A program made the translations under genes and the position numbers. A stretch of 64,000 nucleotides of DNA. It comes from Macrostomum lignano (taxonomy: Eukaryota). The stretch covers positions 3,351 to 67,350 of the forward strand of contig NIVC01003966.1 in the NCBI GenBank assembly GCA_002269645.1, in the 5' to 3' direction. Below are positions 25,171-37,372 of the stretch, one piece after another. The stretch's first letter is position 1, and each line of letters starts with the position of its first letter. Under the pieces are notes generated by a model. That model did no database searches. It was not told the DNA's origin and saw only the letters and a program-made list of their open reading frames with translations.

Positions 25171-26467
25171 ATTTGCAAAGGCCTCAAATCTTAGTTTAAC
25201 ATGCATTACTCCCATCTTTGCCTTTTTCCTAACTGTTAACAAGTTTTTGTTTGAGCATGACTTCAAATTTAGAATCTATGCAAAAATAGTTCCGGGAATT
25301 AGAATTCAGTGGTTTAAAAATCTGTGGGTTTTCACAGCTTGTATCTCTACTGGATTCGTATTCTGCATCTGATGAGCCATCTGAATCAGGGCTCTCATCT
25401 TCCATGCCAAATCGTCTAGCAAATCGTTCTTGAGCTATAGGTCACACTGTATTCACTTCACTTACTTCTGGACATTCATGAATCATGACTTTTGTAGTAT
25501 GCTCACTACACTGTACTGACAATTTACTAATTGCTTCATGCCGCCACTAGATGACATACTGATTAGCTGTTATAAAAACGCGGAATCTGCACGCAGCACT
25601 AATTAGCTAGCGAGGCATTTAGCTTTAAAAATATGGTCATAGTTACTCTTGCCGTTTACCTAAAGTTTTTGCTTGGCTCTTTCATAGGTAAGTCGCATTT
25701 TTTATCGAAAACTAAGTCGCACGGCCAGCGTAATTTCAGAAGTTGCGCATGTATGTTGCATATGTTATGCCATTTATTATGAATTGATTTGCTAAACAAT
25801 AATTTAACATTTTAATCATGTTTCTGTTATTTGAAAGTTAAAAATAGTGGCCATAATATATTGATATAGCTATCATTAATTTTTAGCAAAAAGACTCTTG
25901 TGTATTGATTTTTAGCAATACATTTAGTTGCTTATACTTTTTATAGCATTTTTATAACTTTCTTGTCAATCTGTTTCAAACTTTTTCAAAAACTATTTCA
26001 AAATTAAAATTATGATAAGTTTTAAAGATGCAAAAGGTACAGATGATATGAAAATATCATTTTGCATTTTGTCTAATTGCTTTTTAAACTGCTTGACAAA
26101 CAACCTGTCTATGAGAATGTCTTCATGCAAATATAAGTGCTTGCATATCAAGCCAAGATTTTAAAGAGAATGTTGAACCTAGGCTAAATGTCAAATTTAG
26201 AAGTTTTATTATAGATTTTATTAGAAAACTAACTATGATTTATTTGTATTGTTACTAAAAATTTTTTGATGCGCCTGCAGCCTTCTATTAAATCAAAACT
26301 GTCTGTGCAAAATCAAAGAGCAGCTGGTTAAAATCAGAGTTTTCTGAGTAGAAATTTTTATTAGATTTCAATCTCAACCTGGCAGCCCTTGTCAGCTTTA
26401 GGCGGGGCTCAGTTGCGAATCTCTTTATCCAGAATTTTTCTCAATCCAAATTGCTTGGCCAAGTTTC

Positions 26468-28328
26468 ATGTCTGCTTTGAGCCAGTCTTCTGCTTCTGCC
26501 GCCGCCGCCGACTCCGCCGCCAGTCGCAAACTGATTGACAGCAGCAGCGACGAATCGGACTCGGATTGCGACTCGGATTCCCGCTGCCGGGAGCCTCTGA
26601 CTGACGCTGCCGCCTCCGCCGCTGCCACTTCTGCTATCGCTTCTTCTTCTTCTTCTTCTTCTCCTCCTAGTAGCAGCAAAAGCGGCCGATTCGCTGACAG
26701 CCGTCGCACTATAGTCAGGGAAGCCAGCAGCCTGTACTCAATGCTCATCTCCGGTAGCATGCCCCGGTTCCGCCGGCCCCTGCTACTTCTCATGCTAATT
26801 CTGATCACCAACCTCACGCTGTACCTGCTGTTCCGGCCGTTCCCCCAGCTGGAGTCGTTTGTGCAGGACACCAACAAGCGGATTCACACCGGCGTCAGCG
26901 CCATCCGCGGCGGCATCAACGCGGCTGCCGGGAGCGCAGTTGGCGGCTCTCGCAGTGCCGTTGGCGACCTTGACGCCGACGAGACCTACTTGGAGTATCT
27001 GGGCCTGTTGGGTAGGTTCGAATCCCACCCTGCGGCAGCCTCAGCCTCCTCTTCCAAACAGCAGCAGAAGCAGGAGGGAAGCTTTAAATTAGCAAAAGAT
27101 GCCGGCAGTCTTGGCTTCATTGTTGCTTCAAGCGTTTCGACTAGCGACTATGTGTACGCGTTCGATCTGCTGGACTCGGTGCGGGCCAATCTGAACGATA
27201 CGCTTCTGGTGCTGATGGACACCGGCCTGCACATGTCCGATCTGAATAAGCTGAAGAAGCGATGCAATGTCACTACAAGGTCAGTCTGAGGCAAACTGTA
27301 TTAGAAGCAGGGCGACATTGTCACAAAAGCGGCGAGAGGCATTACTGCCCATTCGGCTGACGTACGCAGTCATACGCACACTCACACGGAAGTGTACAGC
27401 GGCCCTAATTTATAATTAGTAAAATTAGTAATAATAATTGATTACACCTGCCCCGATTGGGCTAGATGTGCAACCGACAGCTCAGCCGCAGCTATTGCGG
27501 TGCGCATCTGAAGGCTGCGTACGGCTGTTCAGTTGCTCTCTTACTGCGAGGACTCTTTATAATTAGGAATTGTACACTTCTTAAAGAGCGTCAATAGCAG
27601 AGCCAACAAGCCGAGATTTCAATTTTGCCTCAAATTAATGCGACTGAACTGGGAATCGAGCCTGGGCCGCTAGCATAATACCACTAGGCTACTGCATGTT
27701 GTTGTTGTCATGCCATGCTGTTCACGCCTACACCCTTGTTGTCCCCCCCTTAACTCGCTATTCAGGTGTCGAATCGAAGCGTTCGATTTCGACAAGTTCC
27801 CTTCGCACGTGCAGAGCACCGGCACCAATGCTTTCAAACCGCTGGCAATTCAAATGCTACTAAAAGACTATGGCGGAGTGATCTGGTCAGACCTGCGCCG
27901 CACTCCCTACTATTTTGTGGTGGACGCTGAGGAGATCGCCCCGACCCTGACAGCTGCCAGGCGGGTCGGCATTCAGGCCTGGACCATCCCGCCGCCAGCC
28001 TCCGCGCTCACGCACCCGCAGACGTTCGCCTATCTGAATGCCGACCCCAGAGATTTCTACTTTCTGCACATGGTGGCCTCCGCGCACCTGGTGCTGTACT
28101 ATACGGAGTTCCTGCACACCAGGGTCATGCTGCCCTGGGTGAAGTGCGCGCTCAACTCTGACTGCTGGCAGCCGTTGGGGGCGCATCAGAGCGGCTGCGA
28201 CTTCAACAGGCCGCCGTATTTTAAATACAGCGGCTGCCATTTCTACGACATGTCGGCGCTTAATGTGGTGCTGGGCCTGGCCTTCCAGTTCAATGTGACC
28301 GCCTACGAGTGCCGGCAGAAGGTGAGCC

Positions 28329-28365
<37 letters not shown>

Positions 28366-28464
28366 GTCTGTCTGTCTGCCTCTCTGTCTGCCTGTCTGTC
28401 TGTCTGTCTGTCTATCTGTCTGTCTGTCTGCCTCTCTGTCTGCCTGTCTGTCTGTCTGTCTGCC

Positions 28465-28497
<33 letters not shown>

Positions 28498-28500
28498 GCC

Positions 28501-28533
<33 letters not shown>

Positions 28534-28580
28534 GCCTGTCTGTCTGTCTGCCTGTCTATCTGTCTGTCTGTCTATCCGCC

Positions 28581-28611
<31 letters not shown>

Positions 28612-28650
28612 GTGTGTGTCTGTCTGTCTGTCCATCTGTCTGTCTGTCCA

Positions 28651-28710
<60 letters not shown>

Positions 28711-28870
28711 CAGGCACATACCCGCCATAAACACCGGGAACCCGCAGGTGTTCGGGTACAACAGCAACGACACGGTGCTGGAGAACCACTTCAAAGTGCC
28801 CGGCATCAACTTTGACGATCTGCGCCGCCGAGCTGGCGCGGCCGTGGGACCCTTCGAGATGCACAGCTGA
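26468..28870 (+). CDS. Type II membrane protein with a DUF1647-like (putative glycosyltransferase-like) luminal domain, 3 exons
   Basis: Exons 26468-27279, 27766-28321, 28748-28870. TM segment LLLLMLILITNLTLYLLF; DLLDSVR..LVLMDTGL, FDFDKFPSHV, AFKPLAIQ..GGVIWSD, PWVKCAL..C..P.GA, HFYDMSALNVVLG recall the DUF1647 family. Family name is from memory and needs a Pfam search. Confidence 0.75.
27640..27697 (-). mobile_element. Short tRNA-derived SINE-like fragment
   Basis: Minus strand TAGCCTAGTGG (A-box-like) followed by GCTCGATTCCC (B-box-like); too short for a tRNA cloverleaf. Confidence 0.35.
28325..28708. repeat. (TCTG)n microsatellite filling intron 2 of the DUF1647-like gene
   Basis: Direct run with occasional variants. 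Confidence 0.95.
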
Positions 28871-29252
28871 GCCGGGCCCAGCTGTCCAGATGAGTCTCCC
28901 TGTCTTAAATCCCCCCAACCTGCCCGGCGGGCTCCCCTGCTAACTGAATTCAGTCAGCCCAAGCTAGCAAACCCTTTGCCCATGGCATTAGTGGCTTAAA
29001 ATTTTTGGTCATCTGAGCAAGCAGAAAATAATATTTTTAAGTTCACACGTTACACACACCATGATGTTCGGGCACTGCTCAGGAGATATTATTAATGAAT
29101 GCTCCAACACCATTGAGTTGAATTTTATTAGAATTGGAGATTTGTAGGTCAGTTGCTTTATTCCAATATTTGCGTTCAGAACTTCTCTTTAAATTTAATC
29201 TTGGACTTTTGTTTAGATACTTTAATTTAAAATTTCAAAGAAACCGATGTTG

Positions 29253-29756
29253 TCATATTACTACTATCGCGAACGATTTCCGTGAGTAGTGCCGCGTGTG
29301 TTTCTGTCTCTTTTTAAAGAATAAAAAAATATTTTTAATCTTACAGCTATTTGTATTCTGTGAATACCGGCTTGCAGATTCTGTAATAGCAGGTTCTGTT
29401 TCTCTGTAAATAGTTATTCTGTTATTTATAGTGCACTGGTGCACTTTCTTGACAGCCAGCGTTTCTAGTTGCGTATTGAATGGAGCACAGTGAACTGGTG
29501 AATTATTTGACTCAGCTGCAGGGGGTTTTGGGCATCCCGGATATACCGCTATAAGCCCTGGCAACCACAGGCAGCTGGTGCTGCGGTCCCCCTCCCCCCC
29601 GGAGAGTCCAGGAGGTGGACTGTCGCTCGCCCCGTAGCCCGTCCGTAGGTAGCGGACGAGCTTGCAGAGATTCTCGGTGGTTGAGCATTCACGGATGAAG
29701 TGCTCCGCATTCTCAACACCGGAGATAGCAATGCCTGGCAAAGCTGAGGGGGCCAT
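29253..29756 (-). CDS. Uncharacterised 167-aa ORF, head-to-head with FBXO21
   Basis: ATG at 29756 opens a GC-rich island in an AT-rich context (MAPSALPGIAISGVENAEHFIRECSTTENLCKLVRYLR); no recognised domain; the 3' half is AT-rich and may be read-through. Confidence 0.3.
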   Translation of the reverse strand: MAPSALPGIAISGVENAEHFIRECSTTENLCKLVRYLRTGYGASDSPPPGLSGGEGDRSTSCLWLPGLIAVYPGCPKPPAAESNNSPVHCAPFNTQLETLAVKKVHQCTINNRITIYRETEPAITESASRYSQNTNSCKIKNIFLFFKKRQKHTRHYSRKSFAIVVI

Positions 29757-30099
29757 GGTCACCGCCCTGATGTCCCTGCGGAAGGAAGAACAGGGGACAG
29801 CCGTGCGGGATAGCTTGCAGCGTGGTGCGTTAGTCCGCCTTTCCCTGTGCTTACATGTCACCCAGATTAGCAAATTATTGACTTCTTGTTATTCCTATTC
29901 ATTATTTTATTGCCACTGTTATCTCTTTTTCTTTGTTTCTTTAATGGACCAGACACTTGTAGATGTATAAATATAACAGCTTCTTCTCTGAAAGAAATCA
30001 GTAATAAGTTTAATGCAAATAGTGATATCAATATCTTTTTTAATTTTCGTTTATTTTATTATTGCAATTGCAGCTCATAGGTAAGATTTCTTATGAAGA

Positions 30100-30720
30100 C
30101 TTGTGATTTGTGTTGGTAAATCTTGTGAATTTGTGTTAAATATTGTGAATGAGTCTGAATCTTGTGAATGGGACCTAAATCTTGTGAATAAGTCCTAAAT
30201 CTTGTGAAGAACTAGTCGGAAATCTTGTGAATGGGTCTTTAATAGTTTGAATGAGTCTTAAATTCTCTGAATAGGTCTTAAATCTTGTGAATGTGTCTTA
30301 AATTTTGTGATTGGGTCTTCAATCTTGTGAATGTGTATTAAATCTTGTGAAGAACTAGTCTGAAATCTTGTGAATGTGTATTAAATCTTGTGAAGAACTA
30401 GTCTGAAATATTGTGAATGTGTATTAAATCTTGTGAAGAACTAGTCTGAAATCTTGTGAAGGTGTATTAAATCTTGTGAAGAACTAGTCTGAAATCTTGT
30501 GAATCTGTTTTAAATCTTGTGAATGGGTCCTAAATCTTGTGAATGAGCCTTAAATTTTGTGAATGTGTCCCAAGTTTTCTAAATTAGTTTTATTAAAACT
30601 TGTGAATGAGTCGTGAATATTGTGAAGGAGTCTTGAATCTAATCAATGAATCTTAATGAGACTTAATGAGACAAAATTTGTGACATTGATCTCGTGAATA
30701 GGCCTTAAATCTTGTGACTA
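30100..30720. repeat. Degenerate ~21-bp tandem array upstream of FBXO21
   Basis: Core AAATCTTGTGAA recurs many times. Confidence 0.85.
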
Positions 30721-30864
30721 AGCTTTGATTCTAGCTAGCAAAAAAATCGACATTTTCAACGTTAATTCCTGCTTACTAACAAGTTCATCAGGTTTAGAGA
30801 CAGCAGGGAGTTATGATTAACATTCGGTCTTATACTCACACAGGCAGTCTCACCTCTCCATCCG

Positions 30865-33800
30865 ATGCAGTCAGATCAGCCTCCTCTGGGTCTGCTGGAC
30901 CTGCCCAGTCTGGCACTGGGCCAAGTGCTGCTGAGGCTACACAGCCACCGCGACCTGTGCAACCTGGCAGCAACCAGTCGCAGCCTTCGCTCAGCCCTCA
31001 TCGAAGCTGGCGACTCAGCCGCCTGGCGCCGACTTGTTCGACTGCAATTCCTGCCTGCTCATGCTGATGAAGAGTCTGCAGTGTACAGGGCTGTGCTGCA
31101 GTCTGGGGAGGACTGGCGGGCCCGGTATGCCTGTCTGCACCTGGCCTATCGGGACTGGCGCTATTTGCATGCCAGGATTTTAGCTCAGCTGCCAGGTCCG
31201 AGAGATGATATCAGAGTGAACCTGCTGGATCCTGAGGGAGCTCAATTGCTGATTAGTAACGTTGCTAACCGGTTGCTAACCGGCTGGTCGGGCTGTTCTA
31301 GCAGCGAGTATTTTCAAATACTGCTGTTAGCATTGAACCGGTTGTCTTCTGAACTGGTCTTGGATGACAACTGCGTGGGGGATTTGTACATTGTGGAGCA
31401 GCTGGCTTGCTATCTGCATCGTTTGCGAGCTCTGAATCGGATTATCGCCATTCATACCAGCGCTGCTAGCGAGCTGTCCACTGTGCAGTCTGCCTGTCTG
31501 CTCTCCAGCTATGTGCAGGTGTGAGATTTTCTGTCAACTGGTCGCTTTATCGCAGGCCAGAAATTCTACACGATCCCTCAGACTTGTTGCATTCTTGGTC
31601 CCTCTATGACCTAGGTCATGTTGAATTATTGGTCTCTCTATGACCTAGGTCATCCTGAGTTATTGGTCCCTCTATGACCTAGGTCATCCTGAGTTATTGG
31701 TCCCTCTATGACCTAGGTCATCCTGAATTATTGGTCTCTCTATGACCTAGGTCATGTTGAATTATTGGTCCCTCTATGACCTAGGTCATCCTGAATTATT
31801 GGTCTCTCTATTACCTAGGTCATCCTGAGTTATTGGTCCCTCTATGACCTAGGTCATCCTGAGTTATTGGTCTCTCTATGACCTAGGTAATGTTGAATTA
31901 TTGGTCTCTCTATGACTTAGGCGTTGCATTATTGGTCCCTCTATGACCTAGGTCATCCTGAATTATTGGTCTCTCTATGACCTAGGCCATGTTGCATTAT
32001 TGGTCCCTCTATGACCTAGGTCATCCTTTATTATTTATCTCTCTATGACCTAAGTCATCCTGAACTACTGGTCCCTCTATGACCTGAATTATTGGTCTCT
32101 CTATGACATAGGTCATGTTGCATTATTGGTCCCACTATGACCTAGATCATCCTTTAATATTTGTCTCTCTATGGCCTAAGTAATCCTGAACTACTGGTCC
32201 CTCTATGACCTAGGTCATCCTGAATTATTGTTCTCTCTATGACATAGGTCATGTTGCATTATTGGTCCCTCTATGACCTAGGTCATGTTGCAAGATTGGT
32301 CCCTTTATAACCTAGGTCATCCTGCATTCTTGATCCGTCTATGACCAAGGTCATCCTTCATCCTTCATACAGTCGTACAGAAACTATGGTCTCTGTATGA
32401 CCTAGGTCATCCTGAATTATTGACCTCTCTATGACCTAAGGTCATGTTGCATCCTAGAAAGTTTTTGGTGCAAGTTACCTAAAGGCTACCTTAACATTGA
32501 CGAGGTATCCTCTTATAATTGTATTCTACATTGTCTTTAAAAATGTACATAGAATGTTTGCACTTATTTCTAATATTCAGGCCAAACCGCTTGAAGAGCT
32601 CACGGCCACGGTGCAGCTTCGCCTGGACGAGATCGCCCAGGTCTGCCTGGACAGTGCCCGTCAGAATGCTCAGCTGGCTGTAGCGTTGAATGGCTTCAGC
32701 ATACCGTGAGCGGCTACGCCTGGGGTCGGCCGACTTTGTTTACATCAAGGGCCAGATAGAGAAGCTGGCGCATGACTGCGGACCGCAGGAAGGAAGAGAG
32801 GAAAGGGAGTAGAGAAAGGAGAAGAGGATAGGAAAAATGAGAAGCGAGGAACTAAATGGGAAGAAAGGAGAGGAGAAGAGAAGAGAGAAGAGAAGATAGA
32901 TTAGATAGAAGAGCGTTGAGAAGAGACAAACCATGAGCGGACCGGATTGCTATTGTGAAGTTTCAGAGGACCCGAGGGCCGGATAGAGAGGCTTTGCGGG
33001 GGTCGCACGTGGCCCACAAGCCTGAGTTTGCCCAGCCCTGATCCTCGCTTCTTATCCTATTTTGGATGGCTTCCCCTAAAGAGAGTTATTCCCCTGTCTA
33101 ATCGTCAGGCATGCGCACTGGTGTGACGTATGAGGCTGTGTGCGGTTGTGTAACTGTTAAAAACATTGTTTTAAGCCTGTAAGGTTGACACTTCATAGGC
33201 CCAAAAATCTAAAGTACAATTGAACAAATTTTACCGCTCTGCAGATCAGAGTCGCCCAACGACCAGGAGCTTGCCGCTTCGCTGTGGGATTCTGACACCG
33301 CCATCTCCCTGGCCAGGTGCATCCTGGACACTCTGGTTCACAAATTTGACTTCAATCACAGTCTGCAGCTGGACGACTTCGATGAGAACTCCTTCATCGA
33401 TCGGGTGCTGTTCACCGGCACCGGGCTGCCCATTGTCAAGGCGGCCATTTTCTGCGGCCTGGCCGCCCGTCTGGGCCTCGCCGTCCGGCCAGTGAACGTG
33501 CCGGACCACTTCATGTGCCGTCTGGTGCTCGGTCAGGACGAGGACCCGTTGAAGAGTAGCGTGCTGGTTGATGCGGCCAACTCCACTCTGCACACTGTGA
33601 CTGACCGGTGCGGCGCTTGCTATAATCCTCATCCAAATCCCCATATAATCCTCATCCAAATCCCCATTATAATCCTCATCCAAATCCTTATTATAATCCT
33701 CATCCAAATTCCCATTATAATCCTCATCCAAATCCCCATTATAATCCTCATCCAAATCCCCATTATAATCCTCATCCAAATCCCCATTATAATCCTCATC

Positions 33801-36800
33801 CAAATCCCCATTATAATCCTCAGACAAATCCCCATTATAATCCTCATCCAAATCCCCATTATAATCCTCATCCAAATCCCCATTGTAATCCTCATCTAAT
33901 TCCCCATTATAATCCTCATCCAAATCCCCATTGTAATCCTCATCTAATTCCCCATTATAATCCTCATCCAAATCTTCACCCAAATCCCAATTTTAATCCT
34001 CACCCAAATCCCTATTTTAATCCTCATCCAAATCCCCATATAATCCTCATCCAAATCCCCATTATAATCCTCATCCAAATCCTTATTATAATCATCATCC
34101 AAATCCCCATTATAATCCTCATCCAAATCCCCATTATAATCCTCATCCAAATCCCCATTATAATCCTCATCCAAATCCCCATTATAATCCTCAGACAAAT
34201 CCCCATTATAATCTTCACCCAAATCCCCATTTTAATCCTCACCCAAATCCCCATTTTAATCCTCATCCAAATTCCCATCATAATCCTCACCCCCAGAGAT
34301 CCCATCCCCCAGAGATTGCATTCCACACAGAGATCCATCCCCAGAGATCCCATCCCCAGAGATCCCATCCCCAGAGATCCCATCCCCCAGAGATTGCATT
34401 CCAAACAGAGATCCCATCCCCAGAGATCCCATCTCCCAGAGATTGCATTCCACACAGAGATCCATCTCCAGAGATTCCATCCCCCAGAGATCCCATCTCC
34501 CAGAGATTGCATTCCACACAGAGATCCCATCCCCAGAGATCCCATCCCCCAGAAATTCCATCCCCCCAGAGATCCCATCCCCCTAGAGATCGCATCCCCC
34601 TAGAGATCGCATCCCCCATAGATTGAGATCCCATCCCCCAGAGATCCCATCTCCAGAGATCCCACCCCCAGAGATCCCATCCCCCATAGATCCCATCCCC
34701 CAGAGATCCCATCCCCCAGAGATTCAATCCCCCATAGATCCCACCCCCCATAGATCGCATCCCCCATAGATTGAGATCCCATCCCCCATAGATCGCATCC
34801 CCCATAGATTGAGATCCCATCCCCCAAAGATCCCATCCCCCAGAGATCCCATCCCCCAGAGATTGCATTCCAAACAGAGATCCCATCCCCAGAGATTCCA
34901 TACCCCAGAGATCCCATCCCCCAGAGATTGCATTCCACACAGAGATCCCATCCCCAGAGATTCCATACCCCAGAGATCCCATCCCCCAGAAATTCCATCC
35001 CCCAGAGATCCCATCCCCCAGAGGTCCCATCCCCCAGAGATTCAATTCCCATGGAGATCCCATCCGCCAGAGATCCCACGATCCCACTGAAATGGAACCC
35101 GCAGCCGGCTGCTGGAATCATTCGGGGTGCACCGCGCACACACTGGCCGCATGACTCTGCGCCGCATGACTCTGAACCTGCTCATCGGAGTGCCCAACGA
35201 GCATCGCGACCTGCTGGCGCGCCGCGGGCCGCGCGGACTGGACTATAACGAGCTGCACAGCCTGCTGGTGTTGCTGTTTCCCGACGAGGAGGGCGTGCTT
35301 AACTTGGATCGGCACACACAGCACCTGCGGCAGCCCAGCATGGGACAGGTAGTTCACACTGTATATAGTTTGCTGTCTGCCACTCTTGTGGCACCTGACT
35401 TTCACTCGTCTGTCACTCTTCCTAACATCTGATTTTGATTCGCCTGTCACTCTATCTGACATCTGACTTTCACTCGCCTGTCACTCTTTCTGACATCTGA
35501 ATTTCACTCGCCTGTCACTCCTGTGGCAACTAACTTTCACTCGCCTGTCACTCTATCTGACATCTGACTTTCACTCGCCTGTCACTCTATCTGACATCTG
35601 ACTTTCACTCGCCTGGCAATCTTTCTGACATCTGACTTTCACTCGCCTGGCACTCTTCTGACATCTGACTTTCACTCGCCTGTCGGTCCTCATGATATCC
35701 AGGCGCAGCTGCTGGCCATAGACTATACGTACACCGCCCAGCTGCGCCAGTTCTGCTCCGTCACCGCCCAGACGTCGGCAGCCTCGGCGGCGGCTCTGCC
35801 AGGATACTCGACCGTCCTGCAGCGCATCGCCGAAGCCTGCGACGCGGCCAAGTCGGAGGCCAGGCGACGAACTCGGCCAGTTGGAGAGGCCGACAATTCC
35901 GCTGACTCTGCCGCCGCCTCGGCTACGTCGGCGGCTAAGCAGCAGCCGGTGCACCCTGTCGGCGCTGTGTTCCGGCATCGCAGATTCGGCTACACTGGCG
36001 TAGTCAGGGGCTGGGACCCCACCTGTCTGGCCACCGAGGAGTGGATCCGCACCATGGGGGTGGACCGGCTGCCCAGGGGCCGCGACCAGCCCTTCTATCG
36101 GGTGCTGGTTGAGGACGGCAGCGAGCGGTGAGGGACTGAGCTTGAGAGGGAAAGATTAGAGGGGAGATAAGATGAAATTAGACGAGAGATTACATTAGGT
36201 GAGATAAAAGATGAGATTATATGAGATGAGAGATAAGATAATATTAGATGAGAGATAAGATCACATTAGATAAGAGATTACATTAGATGAGATAAGAGAT
36301 AAGATTATATGAGATGAGAGATGAGGTGAGGTTAGATGAGAGAAGATTAGATGAGATGAGAGATAAGATAATATTAGATAAGAGATAAGATCACATTAGA
36401 TAAGAGATTACATTAGATGAGATAAGAGATTAGATTAGATGAGATGAGATGAGAGATTAGATTAGATGAGATTAGATGAGATGAGAGATACGTTTATATA
36501 ATCGATTAGATGAGAGATGAGATTAGGTAAGAGATAGGATTACAGGAGAGATGATAAGATGAGCGATTAGAATAGATAAGAGAGTAAATTAGTTAAAAGA
36601 TGAGATTGGATAAGAAGACAGAGATTCCAGGTCAGATAAAATCTAAAATTGAGACTACAGTGTATTCGGAGTACAAAGATAAGGTGGAAGTCAGTGCTTA
36701 ATTAGGGGCCAGATAACAATATAAAAATGAGAATATATAGGAAATAGCCAATATGAGTAATGAAAATTGGTAAGTATAGAAATTAGTAAAAATATAAGAT

Positions 36801-37372
36801 TTAATTAAACAAAGAACAGATAGGACACTTTTTTAAGACATTGAATTAGATGTTAGACAACAACGCAAAGGATACCAGAACCAAAAAAAGTCGGATTGCG
36901 TGTTCCCACCTCACATTCCCCACCTCACATTCCCCACCTCACATTCCCCACCTCACATTCCCCACCTCAAATTCCCCACCTCACGTTCCCCACCTCACAT
37001 TCCCCGCCTCACATTCCCCACCTCACATTCCCCACCTCAAATTCCCCACCCCACGTTCCCCACCTCACATTCCCCACCTCACGTTCCCCACCTCACATTC
37101 CCCACCTCACATTCCCCACCTCACATTCCCCACCCTGCAGCTACGTGGCCGAAGAGAACATCGACCTGATGCAGGACTCGCCAATCCACCGGTTCAGCGC
37201 CGTCACTCATCCCGAAGTTGGGAAATTTTTTATTCGCCGTCACCAGCTCGACTGTGTCTATCTGCTGCACTCTGCCCTGGCTGATCGGTATCCGCAGGAC
37301 TCTGAACTGCTGCAGTGTATTGTTAATGAGCGGTTGGCTCAGGCTGATGCTGATGTTGCCATGCAAGAGTGA
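30865..37372 (+). CDS. FBXO21: F-box only protein 21 homolog (F-box, Transglut_core2, YccV-like domain), 6 exons
   Basis: Exons 30865-31518, 32581-32705, 33245-33607, 35105-35348, 35703-36127, 37141-37372 with consistent phases. F-box LLDLPSLALGQVLLRL; NSFIDRVLFTGTGLPI..LAARLG..VNVPDHF; VGAVFRHRRFGYTGVVRGWD..QPFYRVLVEDGSERYVAEENI..HPEVGKFF..YPQD. This domain order defines FBXO21. Confidence 0.92.
31598..32452. repeat. 34-bp minisatellite with an internal 14-bp palindrome, FBXO21 intron 1
   Basis: Unit GGTCCCTCTATGACCTAGGTCATCCTGAATTATT; ATGACCTAGGTCAT is self-complementary. Confidence 0.94.
32722..33040. mobile_element. hAT-Charlie-like MITE with GA-rich core, FBXO21 intron 2
   Basis: Left CTGGGGTCGGCCGACTTT..AAGGGCCAGA, right AGTTTGCCCAGCCCTG; no intact 8-bp TSD; related to the element at 24416. 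Confidence 0.5.
33622..35080. repeat. Two abutting C-rich minisatellites in FBXO21 intron 3
   Basis: 24-bp ATAATCCTCATCCAAATCCCCATT (33622-34285), then ~16-17-bp CCCCCAGAGATCCCATC variants (34290-35080). Confidence 0.94.
35395..35685. repeat. 34-bp minisatellite, FBXO21 intron 4
   Basis: Unit CTGACTTTCACTCGCCTGTCACTCTATCTGACAT. Confidence 0.92.
36140..37133. repeat. GA-rich degenerate repeat plus 15-bp C-rich array, FBXO21 intron 5
   Basis: GAGATAAGAT/ATTAGAT repeats at 36140-36600; CCCCACCTCACATTC array at 36903-37133 running into the acceptor CCCTGCAG. Confidence 0.92.

Larger units (their letters stand above)
23377..25755. mobile_element. hAT-superfamily non-autonomous element (2,379 bp)
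   Basis: 15-bp TIR CATACATGCGCAACT / AGTTGCGCATGTATG; 8-bp TSD TTGCATAT (23369-23376, 25756-25763); subterminal TAAGTCGCA motifs at both ends. An 8-bp TSD also fits P elements, so the superfamily is inferred. Confidence 0.82.

Noticed and set aside
25365-25400. Hammerhead ribozyme at CTGATGAG
   Set aside because: No matching GAAA core or flanking stems.
33246-35139. Many overlapping Asp/Gly/Trp- or Ile/Pro-rich ORFs
   Set aside because: They derive from the two intronic arrays of FBXO21 intron 3.
35949-37372. Horizontal transfer of a bacterial YccV/HspQ domain
   Set aside because: This domain is a normal part of eukaryotic FBXO21 and is split here by a spliceosomal intron.
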